This document shows, one piece after another, positions 25,066 through 25,274 of a stretch of 25,274 bases of DNA; within the stretch, counting starts at the first letter, position 1; the number at the start of each line of letters is the position of its first letter. The translations under genes and the position numbers were made by a program. The notes beneath the pieces were generated by a model that was not told where the DNA came from, ran no database searches, and saw nothing but the letters and a program-made list of their open reading frames with translations. The DNA is taken from contig JAESTW010000877.1 of NCBI GenBank assembly GCA_016763395.1, positions 1-25,274 of the forward strand, written 5' to 3'. This stretch comes from Kofleriaceae bacterium (lineage in GTDB: Bacteria; Myxococcota_A; Polyangia; Haliangiales; Haliangiaceae).

Positions 25066-25105
25066 CGGCCGGAAGGGCCTGATTTTCTGTAATTCTTAGA
25101 CTCTT

Positions 25106-25122
25106 GTTATTTACTAAATAAC
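25106..25122. promoter_or_regulatory. Perfect AT-rich palindrome (candidate operator)
   Basis: GTTATTTA-C-TAAATAAC is an 8+1+8 inverted repeat in the capD-antitoxin intergenic region. Confidence 0.5.
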
Positions 25123-25174
25123 GGAGAGCCGAAAGATCTAGCAAGGAAACTCAATGCAAAGTAGGCTAGTAGCC

Positions 25175-25274
25175 ATGCCAACGCTCAAAGCAATTGTTTC
25201 CGGAGGTCGCGCCATCATTGAAGATGTGGGCGATTATCCTGACGGAACTGAGCTTGAGGTTGAGATCGTAGCAA
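25175..25274 (+). CDS. 5' fragment of a probable type II antitoxin (DUF104/AF2212-like swapped-hairpin pattern), truncated by the window end
   Basis: Not in the ORF track. Translates to MPTLKAIVSGGRAIIEDVGDYPDGTELEVEIVA..., matching the 'lkA.v..G...l.e..dlPeGteVel.i' pattern. The toxin partner is not visible. Confidence 0.55.
   Translation, partial: MPTLKAIVSGGRAIIEDVGDYPDGTELEVEIVA

Noticed and set aside
1-25274. rRNA, tRNA, integrase, transposase or phage genes
   Set aside because: No such sequence or motif was recognised; nearly all of the window is accounted for by the listed CDSs.

Overview
The window looks like chromosomal DNA from a Myxococcota-like bacterium (inferred from protein families; spot-counted GC 50-65%). 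It has four blocks. (1) Housekeeping genes gatB, rplU-rpmA and obgE. Between rpmA and obgE lie a decaying 14-bp tandem array, a long hairpin and a terminator. (2) A tightly coupled six-gene operon (3931-13736) resembling the Myxococcus Glt/Nfs envelope machinery: an unknown secreted protein followed by GltC-, GltD/AgmU-, GltE/AglT-, GltF/CglF- and GltG/PglI-like genes. No motor (AglRQS/ExbBD) or outer-membrane barrel genes are present. (3) Four small accessory genes: three lipoproteins and a degenerate PilZ protein with a sigma54-type promoter. (4) A polysaccharide operon: short OPX/Wza, O-antigen-ligase/Wzy_C-TPR protein, gmd, wzc and a CapD-like dehydratase. The window ends in the 5' part of a probable type II antitoxin gene. 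The best candidate for an undescribed system is the Glt/Nfs-like module about 3 kb from an incomplete Wza/Wzc pathway. No rRNA, tRNA, CRISPR array or mobile element was seen. All family assignments are from motif recognition, not database searches.
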